In this document: piece after piece, positions 11,780 to 22,848 of the stretch
How the letters are laid out: each line of letters opens with the position of its first letter
How positions within the stretch are numbered: the first letter of the stretch is position 1
NCBI GenBank assembly: GCA_963841565.1
Contig: CAWJCY010000011.1
Coordinates: forward strand, 36,810-100,809
DNA: 64,000 bases
From: an uncultured Nitrososphaerales archaeon
GTDB taxonomy: Archaea; Thermoproteota; Nitrososphaeria; Nitrososphaerales; Nitrososphaeraceae
Reading direction: 5' to 3'
Translations under genes and position numbers: made by a program
The notes under the pieces: model-generated
Database searches by the model: none
The model's input: only the letters and a program-made list of their open reading frames with translations
What the model was told of the DNA's origin: nothing

Positions 11780-12343
11780 ATTCTGTTACCCATCACAATC
11801 TTTATAATAATAGCCTCAGAAACTTTAGATGGACTATTCCTCTATTAATCTTAGTAATTAACGAACTATTGATTATTATCGTAAGTCTTGCATGTGAATT
11901 TACCAAACTTGCTTCTTCGTGACCGCATTTTTGGTTGTTGATTGATTATCCCTATCATCACGCTTAAGGAATTTCCTTTTTGGATATTTCCTCAAATTTC
12001 TCTAGGGTGAGCAAGCGTCAGGTCAGTATGCTATTCGAGAATCTAGGTCAAGACTGCAATATAATTAAACATTGGCTGATTGTTGGTCGCTGCAATTGAT
12101 TAATTTAGCCAAATTTAATTCGTTAGGGGTTGTCTTTATGGGTATATTTTCTAATCATTATTTTTCCATGTTGACATTATTCTAACTTTAAAGGCTAAAC
12201 CGTAAACCGCATCTGCCTCCTCATTTCGCGACAAGATAATAGACCTGCTTGTTAAATGCATAGATACGGGGCTGGAGGGGCATTACGTTGCAACACAACG
12301 CAAACCAATAATTTATTATAATTTGGGGTACTTAACATAGTAT

Positions 12344-12967
12344 ATGTCAAGGGATGTTAAGGTTAACGATAGTCCTAATCATTTCATTGTGCTGGATGCA
12401 ATAGGCAGAGGAATGAAAACAGTAGACAAGATAGGCAAGGTGACGCGGCTTGATAAATCTGAGGTAGAACTAATACTCAACGATCTTGCAGTTCAGCGAT
12501 TGGTAGTCCGAACGGATAAGAAAGGCCTCTTTCGGAACAAGACAGAATTCGTCATCAATGAGACTGGTCAGAGCTTACTTGACTCCAAAAAACGAGAATT
12601 ACAACATAAGGCCAAAGACATGGAGCAGGCCTACGGCAATGGTAACACCGCACAGTTGCAATCATTCATGCAAGCCGACAGAGCCTGGATACCTTTCCTC
12701 TTGTTTTCTGGCTTACTTGACGTCGTGTTCTTCGCGTCAATGATGTCCTTCATGGGTATGGCAATGAGTCCTCAGGAGAGCTCGATGGCCGGAGATGCCG
12801 GAAGCGCTACTGACTCGACAGATTCTAGCTCGGATACTGCGGGCCAGGAAGACGTCGGTGGTGGTACGGATTCAGGGGGCGACAGTAGTGGAGGAGGCAA
12901 TGAAGGAGGAGGATTTGATAGTTTTGGAGATTCGGGAATGGACTTTGGCGGTGATTTTAATTTTTAG
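12344..12967 (+). CDS. Winged-helix protein with hydrophobic segment and acidic Gly-rich tail
   Basis: wHTH-like N-terminus (KIGKVTRLDKSEVELILNDL...INETG), hydrophobic WIPFLLFSGLLDVVFFASMMSFMG, GGFDSFGD tail. Confidence 0.75.
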   Translation: MSRDVKVNDSPNHFIVLDAIGRGMKTVDKIGKVTRLDKSEVELILNDLAVQRLVVRTDKKGLFRNKTEFVINETGQSLLDSKKRELQHKAKDMEQAYGNGNTAQLQSFMQADRAWIPFLLFSGLLDVVFFASMMSFMGMAMSPQESSMAGDAGSATDSTDSSSDTAGQEDVGGGTDSGGDSSGGGNEGGGFDSFGDSGMDFGGDFNF

Positions 12968-13306
12968 GATATCGACTTTAAACGGTTAGCCTTCGTTCAG
13001 AGATATATCTCCCTTTTTATTCATAACGAGAAAAAATGTACTTTAAGATGTGTCATTGGTCTAAAATATCATTCAAGTAACTATCCAGAGAACCAATATT
13101 GTGGAGAGTCATGGTCCCAAGAGACAAGTGTAATTAAATCGACCAGATTGGAGGGAGGCTCTTATTTATAGCACCTACGGAGAAACGTTCCCATTGCTCA
13201 TACAGTGATTCATTTTGTTAGCTCGAGATATCGAACCACTTCACCACCGGGGCAATTAAAGTAACAAACAATTAGTGTTGAATATCCATCAGATATCAGT
13301 GATTCT

Positions 13307-13912
13307 GTGACCGAAGACATAATTACAAAAATCGCAAAGACAGGGCATCCGGTTAACGAGCTTATCGCAAAGAGATGGAGCGCAAGAGCATTTTCGACAA
13401 AACCAGTTGAAAGATCCAAATTGCTTTCCATATTAGAAGCTGCAAGATGGGCCCCGTCCTCTAAAAATGAACAGCCGTGGAGGTACATAATCTTCTCAAT
13501 AGACAATCCAGTTAAATTAATGGAAGCGCAATCGGTCTTGCTTGAATCCAATTCTTATGCTAAAAGGGCCCCGATACTCATATGCGCAATAGCAAAAAAA
13601 AACTACTCTGAAGGAGAGAAATACAACAGGCTTCATTTTCATGACCTAGGGGCCGCAAATGAGAATATGTTTCTCGAAGCTTTCAATCAAGGTCTCATCA
13701 TGCATGAAATGGGGGGCTTTGACGTGCAAAAGGCCGTAGAAGTCTTTAAGATTCCTGAAGACTATGAGATTGGAATCATGATCGCAATAGGATATCAAGA
13801 TAAACACTCCGTACTCCCCGAAAGATTCAGAGAAAAAGCATATTCCCCACGAGTGAGGAGAAAGCTGTCTGAGATTGCATATGTCGAAGATATTGGGAAC
13901 AATTTAGAATAG
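13307..13912 (+). CDS. Nitroreductase family protein
   Basis: RWSARAF, ARWAPSSKNEQPW, HEMGGFD, IAIGY. Confidence 0.92.
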   Translation: MTEDIITKIAKTGHPVNELIAKRWSARAFSTKPVERSKLLSILEAARWAPSSKNEQPWRYIIFSIDNPVKLMEAQSVLLESNSYAKRAPILICAIAKKNYSEGEKYNRLHFHDLGAANENMFLEAFNQGLIMHEMGGFDVQKAVEVFKIPEDYEIGIMIAIGYQDKHSVLPERFREKAYSPRVRRKLSEIAYVEDIGNNLE

Positions 13913-14492
13913 AATCAGGAACTCGGCTCTCTAAGATAGAATAGTTGTCTACTTAAAGATTTGATCCCGTGGCCGCTTTAGAATCGGATTACCAATTGAA
14001 TCGAATACGAATCTACCTTGAAATGTTATAACTTCTTATAATATGTATTACTGCCGATTTTAACTCAATGCGAGATGTTATGCATGATCCGTGGTCCTAA
14101 AGCAACAAAGCCATTGTTCCTAAAAGGGGAACATAACCAACAACAGTCATTAAGAGGGGAAAGCGAAATGGCAACTAATGCTTCTAATTTTAGGGATCTC
14201 CAACAAGATATGTAAGACTATTATTCTGAAAACTCTCGAATTTATGGTTCGTAGACTATTTTGGAAGACTGTCGTCATCAACGATAGAAGGTTATTTCAT
14301 TTGGTTTCAAATCAAACCGACAAAAAAATCTGCACGCATAATAATTATCACCGCCAAGGTAAAAGGGTTTTACACACTTTTGGCCTAATTGAATCCTCGT
14401 CTATCACATCTAAATGACGTTCTGGTAACTATTTCAATTTTCGTGGGTGGGTTTTTATGTGCTTCAGTGCAAGACCATGGTTAATAGAGCCA

Positions 14493-14618
14493 TTATCCAA
14501 CTCCTGTAGGAGGGTGATGCTCCTCATGTTCTAGTTTGATATGTTCTTCCTTTTCATTGAGTGTATCAAATGTGATTCCGCATATTTCACAAGTGTACCT
14601 AGACGAAGATGTTGACAT
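14493..14618 (-). CDS. 41-aa C2H2 zinc-finger microprotein
   Basis: MSTSSSRYTCEICGITFDTLNEKEEHIKLEHEEHHPPTGVG*: C-x2-C-x3-F-x8-H-x4-H; TTTATAAC box ~30 nt upstream. Below the ORF-track cutoff. Confidence 0.82.
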   Translation of the reverse strand: MSTSSSRYTCEICGITFDTLNEKEEHIKLEHEEHHPPTGVG

Positions 14619-15169
14619 AAGCCTAGCTAATCATTTAACCAGTTACTGTTATAAAAGGAGTACTCTCACATCGTCAACATTAATCTTGTTTCCCTTAAGT
14701 ATCAGGAACAACCCTTCGCTTGAAATTCTTTAGCTAGAAACAAATTTCTCGATAGATAAATGGCAAATTATTCCTAGAGTTCTCTAACTTCAAACAACAA
14801 CAAAGATTCTACCCTCTCTCTTCATATGCAAAGATTATCGATTTTCAAAAGTCACAACCCCTAATTTTTAAGGTAATTCTAAATGTCCAAAGTGCAAAGT
14901 GCTGCGATGGGTAAGTCGGCTGCAATTTCAAATATAACGCTTAGTCGGATTTTACCACTTATTCGGTTTCTCTGTCGATGTACCTCATAGGAAGATGTGA
15001 TTAATCATCTTTTGTATCGTTAATGACACTTACGATTTAGCTTTGCTGGAATTCAATAGAACAGGGTAGGTGCGTGTGTTTCAGATTCATACAATCTAGA
15101 AATATACAATTCATCATCTGAGCAACGAGAAGGAAAACAATAATAAAAAACGCATTCAACTTTAAAGAT

Positions 15170-15547
15170 ATGTCTTCCTCTGATCCAGTTTCAATACTTT
15201 CTCAATATCGCTATATTAAACTCGAGACTTTGAAAAGAAACGGAGAAGGCTTGGCAACACCCGTATGGTTTACAGTAGATGGAAGGAAGATTAGTGTAGT
15301 GACAAGAAATCAGACTGGCAAGGTAAAGCGTCTGAGAAATAATCCAAATGTGCGCGTAGCACCCTGCGGGATGACAGGTCAGCTCAAAGGCCAATGGTAC
15401 AATGGAAAAGCTTCTATGGCAAATTCAGAGGAGTTACATAATGCGTTGCGCCTGAGGAGCAAGAAATATGGATTCAGAGTAAGATTGGCAGGGATCTTAT
15501 CAAGAACTAAGGGAGAACTGGTTGGGATCAATATTAACCTCGATTGA
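15170..15547 (+). CDS. PPOX-class F420-dependent oxidoreductase
   Basis: LETLKRNG...TPVWF...GKVKRLRNNPNVRVAPC motif. Confidence 0.88.
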   Translation: MSSSDPVSILSQYRYIKLETLKRNGEGLATPVWFTVDGRKISVVTRNQTGKVKRLRNNPNVRVAPCGMTGQLKGQWYNGKASMANSEELHNALRLRSKKYGFRVRLAGILSRTKGELVGININLD

Positions 15548-15744
15548 ATGCGGTGACAATTATCTTATTCTAAGCTTCTCGCTGATTGATATGCAACGCA
15601 TATTCATGCCCAGCGGTGAGGGCAATTTGAGAATGTTATAGCAGATGAGAAGGGGTGGTAACTCCTTATATGTCATATCTTGTTCATAAGACCTTTTCGT
15701 AATGTCGTTGATCTAAGCAAATAAATATCCATTTTATGACCATC

Positions 15745-15772
15745 TTCAAATTCAAATTCAAATTCAAATTCA
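15745..15772. repeat. (TTCAAA)4+ microsatellite
   Basis: Four full TTCAAA units plus TTCA, intergenic. Confidence 0.9.
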
Positions 15773-15931
15773 GATCCTAACTCTATCATTGGTATAATGA
15801 AACTTGCCATCAAAGATAATCTGCCTCCGCATTAGCAAAACCACGTAGCCTTAATGGTTGTCTGATTAGATGCCCTGTTTGCTTTGAAAAACTGTACAAC
15901 TTATTTATCTAATGATAAATATAGATGTTAT

Positions 15932-16384
15932 ATGGTGGATATTCAAAAAATTTCATTGTTTGGGCCATTACCTATAAGGATACTTGCTGGAATAGCATTT
16001 GTTGCGCATGGTATGCCTAAATTACTTGATCCATCAATGACTCAGGGGTTCTTTCCTAACATAGGATTGCCTCCTGAATTGGCCATTCCAATTGGGATAC
16101 TTGAGGTTGTAGGGGGTTTTGCCATCCTTGTCGGGGTACTCACAAGAATAGTATCGATACTATTCATAATTGAAATGGTAGGTGCGACCTTGCTGGCAAA
16201 GATCTCTGAAGGTTTTGTAAGTGGTTTTGAACTAGAATTATTGTTAATGTCTATTTCGATAAGTCTCCTGCTTACTGGTCCTGGAAGGATTTCTATTGAA
16301 TTCGATATTCTAAGACGAGAGATATTCCCACATGGCAAGGACCTCATTCAACGGCCCTCTCCTCAGGCAGAACTTAAAAGATAA
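15932..16384 (+). CDS. DoxX family membrane protein
   Basis: RILAGIAFVAHGMPKL, EVVGG, GPGRIS; ATG at 15932. Confidence 0.9.
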   Translation: MVDIQKISLFGPLPIRILAGIAFVAHGMPKLLDPSMTQGFFPNIGLPPELAIPIGILEVVGGFAILVGVLTRIVSILFIIEMVGATLLAKISEGFVSGFELELLLMSISISLLLTGPGRISIEFDILRREIFPHGKDLIQRPSPQAELKR

Positions 16385-16837
16385 CCATTAATTATGTCTT
16401 TTTTTATTCTCTAGCAGATCCCGAGAAATTAGGATTTCAAGGCTTGATAGTTGTTCAATCAATTATTTTGTTGGGAGCACGCACTACCTACCTAGTCCAT
16501 TATTTGTAACTTTTGCTAATTGTTTAGTAAGCAGGCCGCTCTAAAGACTCTATGCTTAATACACTACCATAAAGAGGAACAGATTGAAGATTGATTAATT
16601 GAATTCCCATCCCCCCTTGAACGACCAATACATATTGCCATAGATAATTTGTATTCTCCTTGGGGAACAAGCAATCCTTAGATTAGTCAGATAGCAATGC
16701 GTTTATTGGCAATAGATAGGCGATCATAAATTTAGTAAACATGGAAAAATCGGGTTCTTACCTTTCACGCATTCTAATTGGGTAATAAAAATATCCTACT
16801 GACAATAAAGAGCTGAGAGATGATCGCCAGAAATAGG

Positions 16838-17410
16838 CTACTGAATTTTATGAGTTGCTTTTAGGCTCCTGACAAAATCTTCTAGTTTCCTCAAAGTCTC
16901 AGAATGTAGATGGTGTTCAATTCCCTCTGCATCTTCGTTAGCGATGTCGTCCTGAACACCGATCATCTTAAAAAACTCAGCGAGTATTCCATGCCTCTTG
17001 CGTATGGCTTTAGCCACCTCTATGCCCTTATCTGTCAAGCTCATTCCTCTGTATTTTTCATATCTAAGGAACCCTGTTTCATGGAGACTTTTCATCATCC
17101 TCGTAACACTTGGCGAGGAAACATTGAGGTAATCGGAAATATCAACTGTTGTAGCGTAGCCCTTCTGAAGGACCAGTTCATAGATCACTTCGAGGTAATC
17201 TTCCATACGATCAGTTCTGTCTTCTCTAATCGTCCGATTGGCTTCACGAATTGAGGAAAGTCTGGCATCAAGTCCGCCTTTCCCCTGATACATCGGCCCC
17301 CGATTGTGTCGTGCTGTCGTAGTTGATGAGGCATCCGATGATGTGTCGTCTACAACACTACCACCACTGTCACTATGCATCATATAATGACCTCCTCCCG
17401 GCATCTCCAT
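16838..17410 (-). CDS. DtxR/MntR-family metal-dependent transcriptional regulator with N-terminal extension
   Basis: MEDYLEVIYEL, VSSPSVTRMMKSL, RKRHGILAEFF, AEGIEHH. Confidence 0.93.
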   Translation of the reverse strand: MEMPGGGHYMMHSDSGGSVVDDTSSDASSTTTARHNRGPMYQGKGGLDARLSSIREANRTIREDRTDRMEDYLEVIYELVLQKGYATTVDISDYLNVSSPSVTRMMKSLHETGFLRYEKYRGMSLTDKGIEVAKAIRKRHGILAEFFKMIGVQDDIANEDAEGIEHHLHSETLRKLEDFVRSLKATHKIQ

Positions 17411-17430
17411 TATTCATATCTGAGCATCCT

Positions 17431-18828
17431 TCATATAAGTAAGCCTGTAAAATACATTATTAGCAGTCCTGTAATAAATCCTGCAACAACGGGTCCTGAG
17501 ATGTAAGTTGAGGATTTTGGCTTTTGATGATGTGAAATCCATGAAATCAATGAATATACTACTTGGAAGATTGCTCCTGCCCCCACTGATAAAAATATAA
17601 CGGCTGCAAGAGGTGAATAAAGAAAGCCGCCAATCCAAGTACCAGCTATTGTTGGAACTCCTGCAATTAATCCCATCAAAACCAACCTTCGAATCATAGT
17701 GCTTCTTTTCGCTTCTGTTTTTGCAATTGGGGCTACTATAGCAAGTCCTTCCGTCGTGTTGTGAAGAGTGAACCCAACAATTAGAAATGTACTGAGCGCC
17801 ACTTCGCCAAGAAGCATGGCAGCACCTATCGCTAATCCTTCTCCAAAATTGTGTAGACCTATTCCAATTGCTATCATCATCGAGATTGTTAGTGGTTTCA
17901 AAAGTTGCTGATATTTCTGCAACTGTATTTGTATCTCTTGTGCGGAAGAGGATATCTTTGCAGATTCGCTGTAAAATTCTCCCTTCCGGTCTTCTGTTGA
18001 GGATTTATCTTGATTCAACGATTCTCCGGCAGATAAGGATGAGGTCGATGGGCGAGTTTTGCCAACTATTGATTTTTCTATGGCCCTCTGAGTTAATCGT
18101 TCAGAAGTATAAAGTAAGATAATAAACGAGGAAATCGTTACTAAGACACTTAACGCCTGACCGTTGAATACCGCGGCCAAATTTTTAATGACGATTTCGT
18201 TCGCTTCCAGCAGAGCGTCGATTCCCAGAAATATAAGTAGTCCTGCCGTAAGACTGAGAAAAAAACTGTACTTACCAATGCTTATCTTACGTATGTATGG
18301 ATACCACAAAAGACCTATCAATATGGGGATCACTCCGACGTATATGCCCAAGGATGTGAAGAGTAATGCTTGATTTGCATCTGGCGTCGGTGCCAAAGTA
18401 GCAGCTTCCACACTCTTACTGAACCTGGTCCCATCAGAGGTGGTTATACCTATTTCGTATGGGGTCCCTGCGATCCAAGGAAAAGGAATCGTCACCAATG
18501 CTTCCCCTAGTCTCTGGATTTTGCTACTAGGTTCTATTGCAGCGGATTGAATTCGGTCATTGACATCAGCTTGCGATACAACTATGTTCAAAGGACCGGT
18601 GTTGCGAATAAATGCCAATATTTGATTGTCATGAAATTCGATCTTTTCAATAGTAACTTGCGGAAGAGGGGTTCCTACATTTATGAGAGATTGTCCGTAC
18701 GGACTAAATAAGAATATAAGCATCCCTGCTAAGACTACGATCGGAACGAATGCAAGAACTATGGAGGTTTTATTGGAGAGGCGTCTACCGGCCCTTGTAT
18801 TCCTGTCTTCACTTAACACTTTCGCCAA
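17431..18828 (-). CDS. ZIP-family divalent metal transporter with N-terminal extracellular domain
   Basis: GIGLHNFGEGLAIG and LHNTTEG signature helices. Confidence 0.92.
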   Translation of the reverse strand: MAKVLSEDRNTRAGRRLSNKTSIVLAFVPIVVLAGMLIFLFSPYGQSLINVGTPLPQVTIEKIEFHDNQILAFIRNTGPLNIVVSQADVNDRIQSAAIEPSSKIQRLGEALVTIPFPWIAGTPYEIGITTSDGTRFSKSVEAATLAPTPDANQALLFTSLGIYVGVIPILIGLLWYPYIRKISIGKYSFFLSLTAGLLIFLGIDALLEANEIVIKNLAAVFNGQALSVLVTISSFIILLYTSERLTQRAIEKSIVGKTRPSTSSLSAGESLNQDKSSTEDRKGEFYSESAKISSSAQEIQIQLQKYQQLLKPLTISMMIAIGIGLHNFGEGLAIGAAMLLGEVALSTFLIVGFTLHNTTEGLAIVAPIAKTEAKRSTMIRRLVLMGLIAGVPTIAGTWIGGFLYSPLAAVIFLSVGAGAIFQVVYSLISWISHHQKPKSSTYISGPVVAGFITGLLIMYFTGLLI

Positions 18829-18863
18829 CCACTCCTGGCAATACTGAATGTGCGAGTATACAT

Positions 18864-20043
18864 TTATAATTGGGCTCCGGAGGTCTCAGGTGATCTATTT
18901 ACAAAGGAGTTATTCATTGAATCGTAAAAGATGCTACTGCTATTTGTCGGAATTGATGTCTGTGATTCATTCCCATCCGTAACAAAAAATGTACCCATCC
19001 ACCCTTTCTCTGCAAACTCGGTTTTGTGTGCATGAAACATAAATTTTCCAGGATATTTGTATTTGAATTCCAATATGCCTCTCTCTCCCTGATTTGTGGT
19101 AACAATATCAGTAAGCTCATCCGGTTGTAGGCGAGTGCCGCTTGGATAGTAATCAAACATATTCGCATGAAGATGGAAATTGTTGAGAGGATCGAATTCT
19201 AACATATTTACTAGATATATCCTTACCAGCTTATCCTTCTGAATCTGCACAGGATGGTGCATATAATAATAGGGTACTCCATTGACGGTGTAAAAGTTAT
19301 TCTCGGTGTCAAAATCAGTATCATATCCGTTCATAACCATGACCATCTCATCAGCGGGGGGACGTGGAGGCTGAGGGTCGACAATGAAGACTCCATACAG
19401 GCCATGAGCAATGTGCTCTTCCAGAGGTGTCATGTGACAATGGTACGGGAAAACACCAAAGGGCTCTGCTGTGAATTCGTATGTGAATTCACCACCAGGT
19501 GAGATCATCTCAAAAACCCCGTCCATATTTGCAGGATGAACACCATGCAAATGTAACGAATGTGGCATTGAGCCATTATTAATGAAGTTTATCCGTACTA
19601 GATCTCCTTCAGTAGCTCGAATGGTCGGGCCCGGGACAGTACCGTTGAATGTCCACACATTATAAAATACTCCCGGTGAAATCTCCTTCACTAAATTATC
19701 TGAGGCAATCAAAGTAAACTCTCTGAGTGTTTTTCCATCTGGGAGTTTCGATACTGTCCCATAGTTAAATTCTCGAAGATACTTCATAGGATCAACGACG
19801 GCATTGGCTGGGTTTCCATCAAATGATGTTTGAAGAGGGTCCAGAATGTTGCCAGAAGTGGTGGTAATTGGATAGCCCGGGGTATGACTACCAACAACCT
19901 TTGAGTTGGATTCAATGTTAGAAGTCTGTGCCGCGCTCATTATCGAATTAATACTCTTGTAACCTCCAGAACCGATCGTAATGATTACAGGCAGCAGCCG
20001 TAGAAATTATAGCAATAGCAATAAGTAAAGGAGAAATATGCAT
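18864..20043 (-). CDS. Two-domain multicopper oxidase; signal peptide separated by a one-base frameshift at ~19990
   Basis: HSLHLHG, YHCH-x6-H-x4-L, FHLH, FHAH. Removing one G joins the signal peptide MHISPLLIAIAIISTAAAVIITIG (ATG 20043) to ORF 18864-19940. Confidence 0.9.
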
Positions 20044-20074
20044 GATTACCAAATTGTTAATGGCTTTAATAAAT

Positions 20075-20090
20075 CTTAGCCTAATCTAAG
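20075..20090 (-). promoter_or_regulatory. Putative DtxR-family operator next to the TATA box of the MCO-ZIP-DtxR operon
   Basis: Minus strand CTTAGATTAGGCTAAG (TTAG-N6-CTAA palindrome; 13/14 match to TTAGGTTAGGCTAA of the DtxR/IdeR box), directly upstream of TTTATTAAA (20065-20073). Confidence 0.7.
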
Positions 20091-20536
20091 TTTATTCATG
20101 CCCACGATTAATGTTACTTAGATAAACGATTTTTAGAGAATTGAATATCATTCCTCTTTTCCAGTTGAAGTGACTGCTAGGATAATGTTTTTGACATAGG
20201 CCCCTTTATAAAAAAAGAAGACGGTTATGATATCCTTTGAAATTGCTAGCCTAATGATTTGATCTTCATACAGTTTCAACTTCTCATTTCATGAGGTGCT
20301 AGATTTAAGATGATCAAGTGCCCAAGAATGCCATAGGTGCAAGAGCGCGGTATCACTTGATCCAATAAAAATAAACTCTCTAGGTATAATCTCTCCTGAC
20401 TTGAAATTAGAGAACCCGCTAGACAAGGATATCCATAGGTTCATCCAATTTCGCGGCGTTACAAAATCAGAGCAGATGCCAATCTAAAAGAAATGCAGTA
20501 AAAGCCCAAAGGAAAGTTAGCTGACTAGTTAGGAGT

Positions 20537-21475
20537 CTACTTAGTGATTCTCTTAAAGGAATTGGCAGGCAATTCTAAACCTGCAAAGGTTACAGGATTA
20601 ATTATTTTTGCCAATATTTCCAATCCTACCACAATTCTAGGTCCAGGTTTGCTAAAATATGCATTTGCGTTTACAATGTATACCTCTCCATGATTAACTG
20701 CGTCTAATGCCTTCCATCCATCGTTATCATTTAGAGCGTCCATCTCCTTGTAGGTCCTCTCAATGTCGAACCCGCACGGCATAAGAACTATCTTATCTGG
20801 TTGATATTGAGAAATTTCGTCAAACCTTATATGCCGCGACGGTTCTCCGCGTGAGCTTATGCCGTTTATCCCACCTGCAATCTCGACCATTCGGGGTATC
20901 CAATGACCAGCGACATAGAACGGATCGATCCACTCTATGCATATTACCCTGGGCCTCTTGATTTTTTCATCAAGTTTCTGCTGTGCCTCCACTTCTACTC
21001 TTTTAATCCGCTGTCGTAACTTGGATACCAGTAAATAACCCTCTTCAGATTTATCGACTTGCTTTGCAACATCCTGGATGCTGTTCAAGATATCATCAAG
21101 ATCATGAGGGTCAAGTACGATTAAGTCTGGTTTATACCCCAGAATTTCGAACGCCTTCTCTATTTCCTTGGTGTGAGGAGCACATACTTCACAAACACCT
21201 TGAGCAATTATAATGTCAGGCATTGCATCCTTTAGGATGTTGCTGTCTAGAACGTAAATTTCTCCTCCAATTCTAGACAATTCTCCGATCCGACCATCAA
21301 TTTCAAGGCTGTTCATCGTGGTGAAATCCATGGCCGCATTGACCACCCTTGGTTTTTTTCTCGCCGAATCGGGGTATTTGCATTCATGCGTGACACCGGT
21401 GATCTGTGTTTCTAGTCCCAACTCGTACAAGATTTCCGTGGAGCTGGGCAAGAAAGATACTATTCTCCTAACCAA
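20537..21475 (-). CDS. BtuF-like cobalamin/metal-chelate binding protein, no signal peptide
   Basis: RIVSFLPSSTEIL, GVTHECKYP, PDIIIAQ, EWIDP, GHWIP, FSKPGPRI. Confidence 0.88.
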   Translation of the reverse strand: MVRRIVSFLPSSTEILYELGLETQITGVTHECKYPDSARKKPRVVNAAMDFTTMNSLEIDGRIGELSRIGGEIYVLDSNILKDAMPDIIIAQGVCEVCAPHTKEIEKAFEILGYKPDLIVLDPHDLDDILNSIQDVAKQVDKSEEGYLLVSKLRQRIKRVEVEAQQKLDEKIKRPRVICIEWIDPFYVAGHWIPRMVEIAGGINGISSRGEPSRHIRFDEISQYQPDKIVLMPCGFDIERTYKEMDALNDNDGWKALDAVNHGEVYIVNANAYFSKPGPRIVVGLEILAKIINPVTFAGLELPANSFKRITK

Positions 21476-21724
21476 ATCGATTGACTCTCCAGTTTCTGAC
21501 CTTTCTAATAGTTACAGTTCCTATTACTTTTTTGCATTCGCAACCATTTTTAAAGCCAATAAATGTAGGTGGAATTCTAATTCTCTTGCTTGCTATTTAC
21601 CGGGGTCTGAGCACGATATTACGAAATTAAGGTCTGCTTTTTTGTGGCGTTGCCTTGCTCCTGCTTAGTTAGTCACTGCTAGTTAGTCACGTTTATATAT
21701 CTGGACGTCACATATATCTGTAAG

Positions 21725-22372
21725 GTGAATTTGAAGAGAATGAGTTTTTGGAATATAGAACCGGATAGTTGGTTCTCAGGAGTGAGGAGATTACTGCCCT
21801 TATTAAATGGAGAGACTAGATCAACATTCTTCGATGAAGTACTTACAGATTTTTCAAAAATGAAAGAAGAGCTAGAACTTCTAGAGAGACAAGCACCCAA
21901 AGAACTTGTCTCAGAATACAAAGAATCGGATGGAACCAAAGTTCGAAAAATAGGTCCTATAGTTTATGGGTATTCAATGACGGTCGGCCCTGACGGTAAG
22001 CCTGTGATCCGCGAATTTGGTAACGTCAAGAGAGGTCAAATATATGGTCTCAATGCTGACGTTAAGCCAGCTAGACCAGAAATTGGGGAAGAAAGGGAAC
22101 CCATGATCGACGTATTAACAACAGAAGGCAATGTCAAAGTGACCGTAGAAATGCCTGGAGTTGAGAAGGACAAGATCAAGATCGATGCCTATGACAACAC
22201 CGTAGAGGTAAGAAGTCTTGAGCCAACAAGAAAATATCACAAGCTAATAGACTTGCCTACAGAAGCAGATGTAAAAACAGCCCGATCGAAGTACAACAAT
22301 GGCATCTTAGAAATAACCTTTGATAAGAAAAAGGAGACAAAACCAAAGGGAAAGCAGATCAAGATCGAATAA
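21725..22372 (+). CDS. hsp20: Archaeal small heat-shock protein Hsp20
   Basis: GPIVYGYSMTVGPDGKPVIREFGN, EMPGVEK, YNNGILEI. Confidence 0.95.
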   Translation: MNLKRMSFWNIEPDSWFSGVRRLLPLLNGETRSTFFDEVLTDFSKMKEELELLERQAPKELVSEYKESDGTKVRKIGPIVYGYSMTVGPDGKPVIREFGNVKRGQIYGLNADVKPARPEIGEEREPMIDVLTTEGNVKVTVEMPGVEKDKIKIDAYDNTVEVRSLEPTRKYHKLIDLPTEADVKTARSKYNNGILEITFDKKKETKPKGKQIKIE

Positions 22373-22848
22373 TAAATAGGAGTACACGAAACCAATTTTT
22401 ATTGCAGTGGTCTCGATTCCATTGTTAACTTTCATTTTTTTCCTATGAGAACCTGTTATTCTCAAATTCTATTAATACATAACCATAGCGATTTACCTCA
22501 GTTTTATTAGTAACATATTAAAGTATTCAAAGAGGAACGTTCCTTATTTCTGCGAAGGTCAATAGATTATTCAAACCAGATGTTCTTTTGGTTGATGTGC
22601 CTTGTTCATGTGGCAGCCAAACCGAAAATGTTGTCAAAGAAGATAGTTCTTAACGATACCTAATTCTCGATGCGAGGCATGCATTCATGCATCCTAAAAT
22701 TACATGACATCAATTTTTTATATCTGTTAACTTCCAACGAGACCAAGCATAACATCCTAAATGAAGCCTGGTAACTAAATTTCTCACAATTCCATGAAAA
22801 CGTTTCGTAGAAATCAGTATTAACGATACCACCTAACTCCGCAATTTT

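Noticed and set aside
18864-19940. Copper nitrite reductase (nirK)
   Set aside because: Both domains carry paired HxH motifs for a trinuclear cluster and the axial residue is Leu, which fits a two-domain multicopper oxidase.
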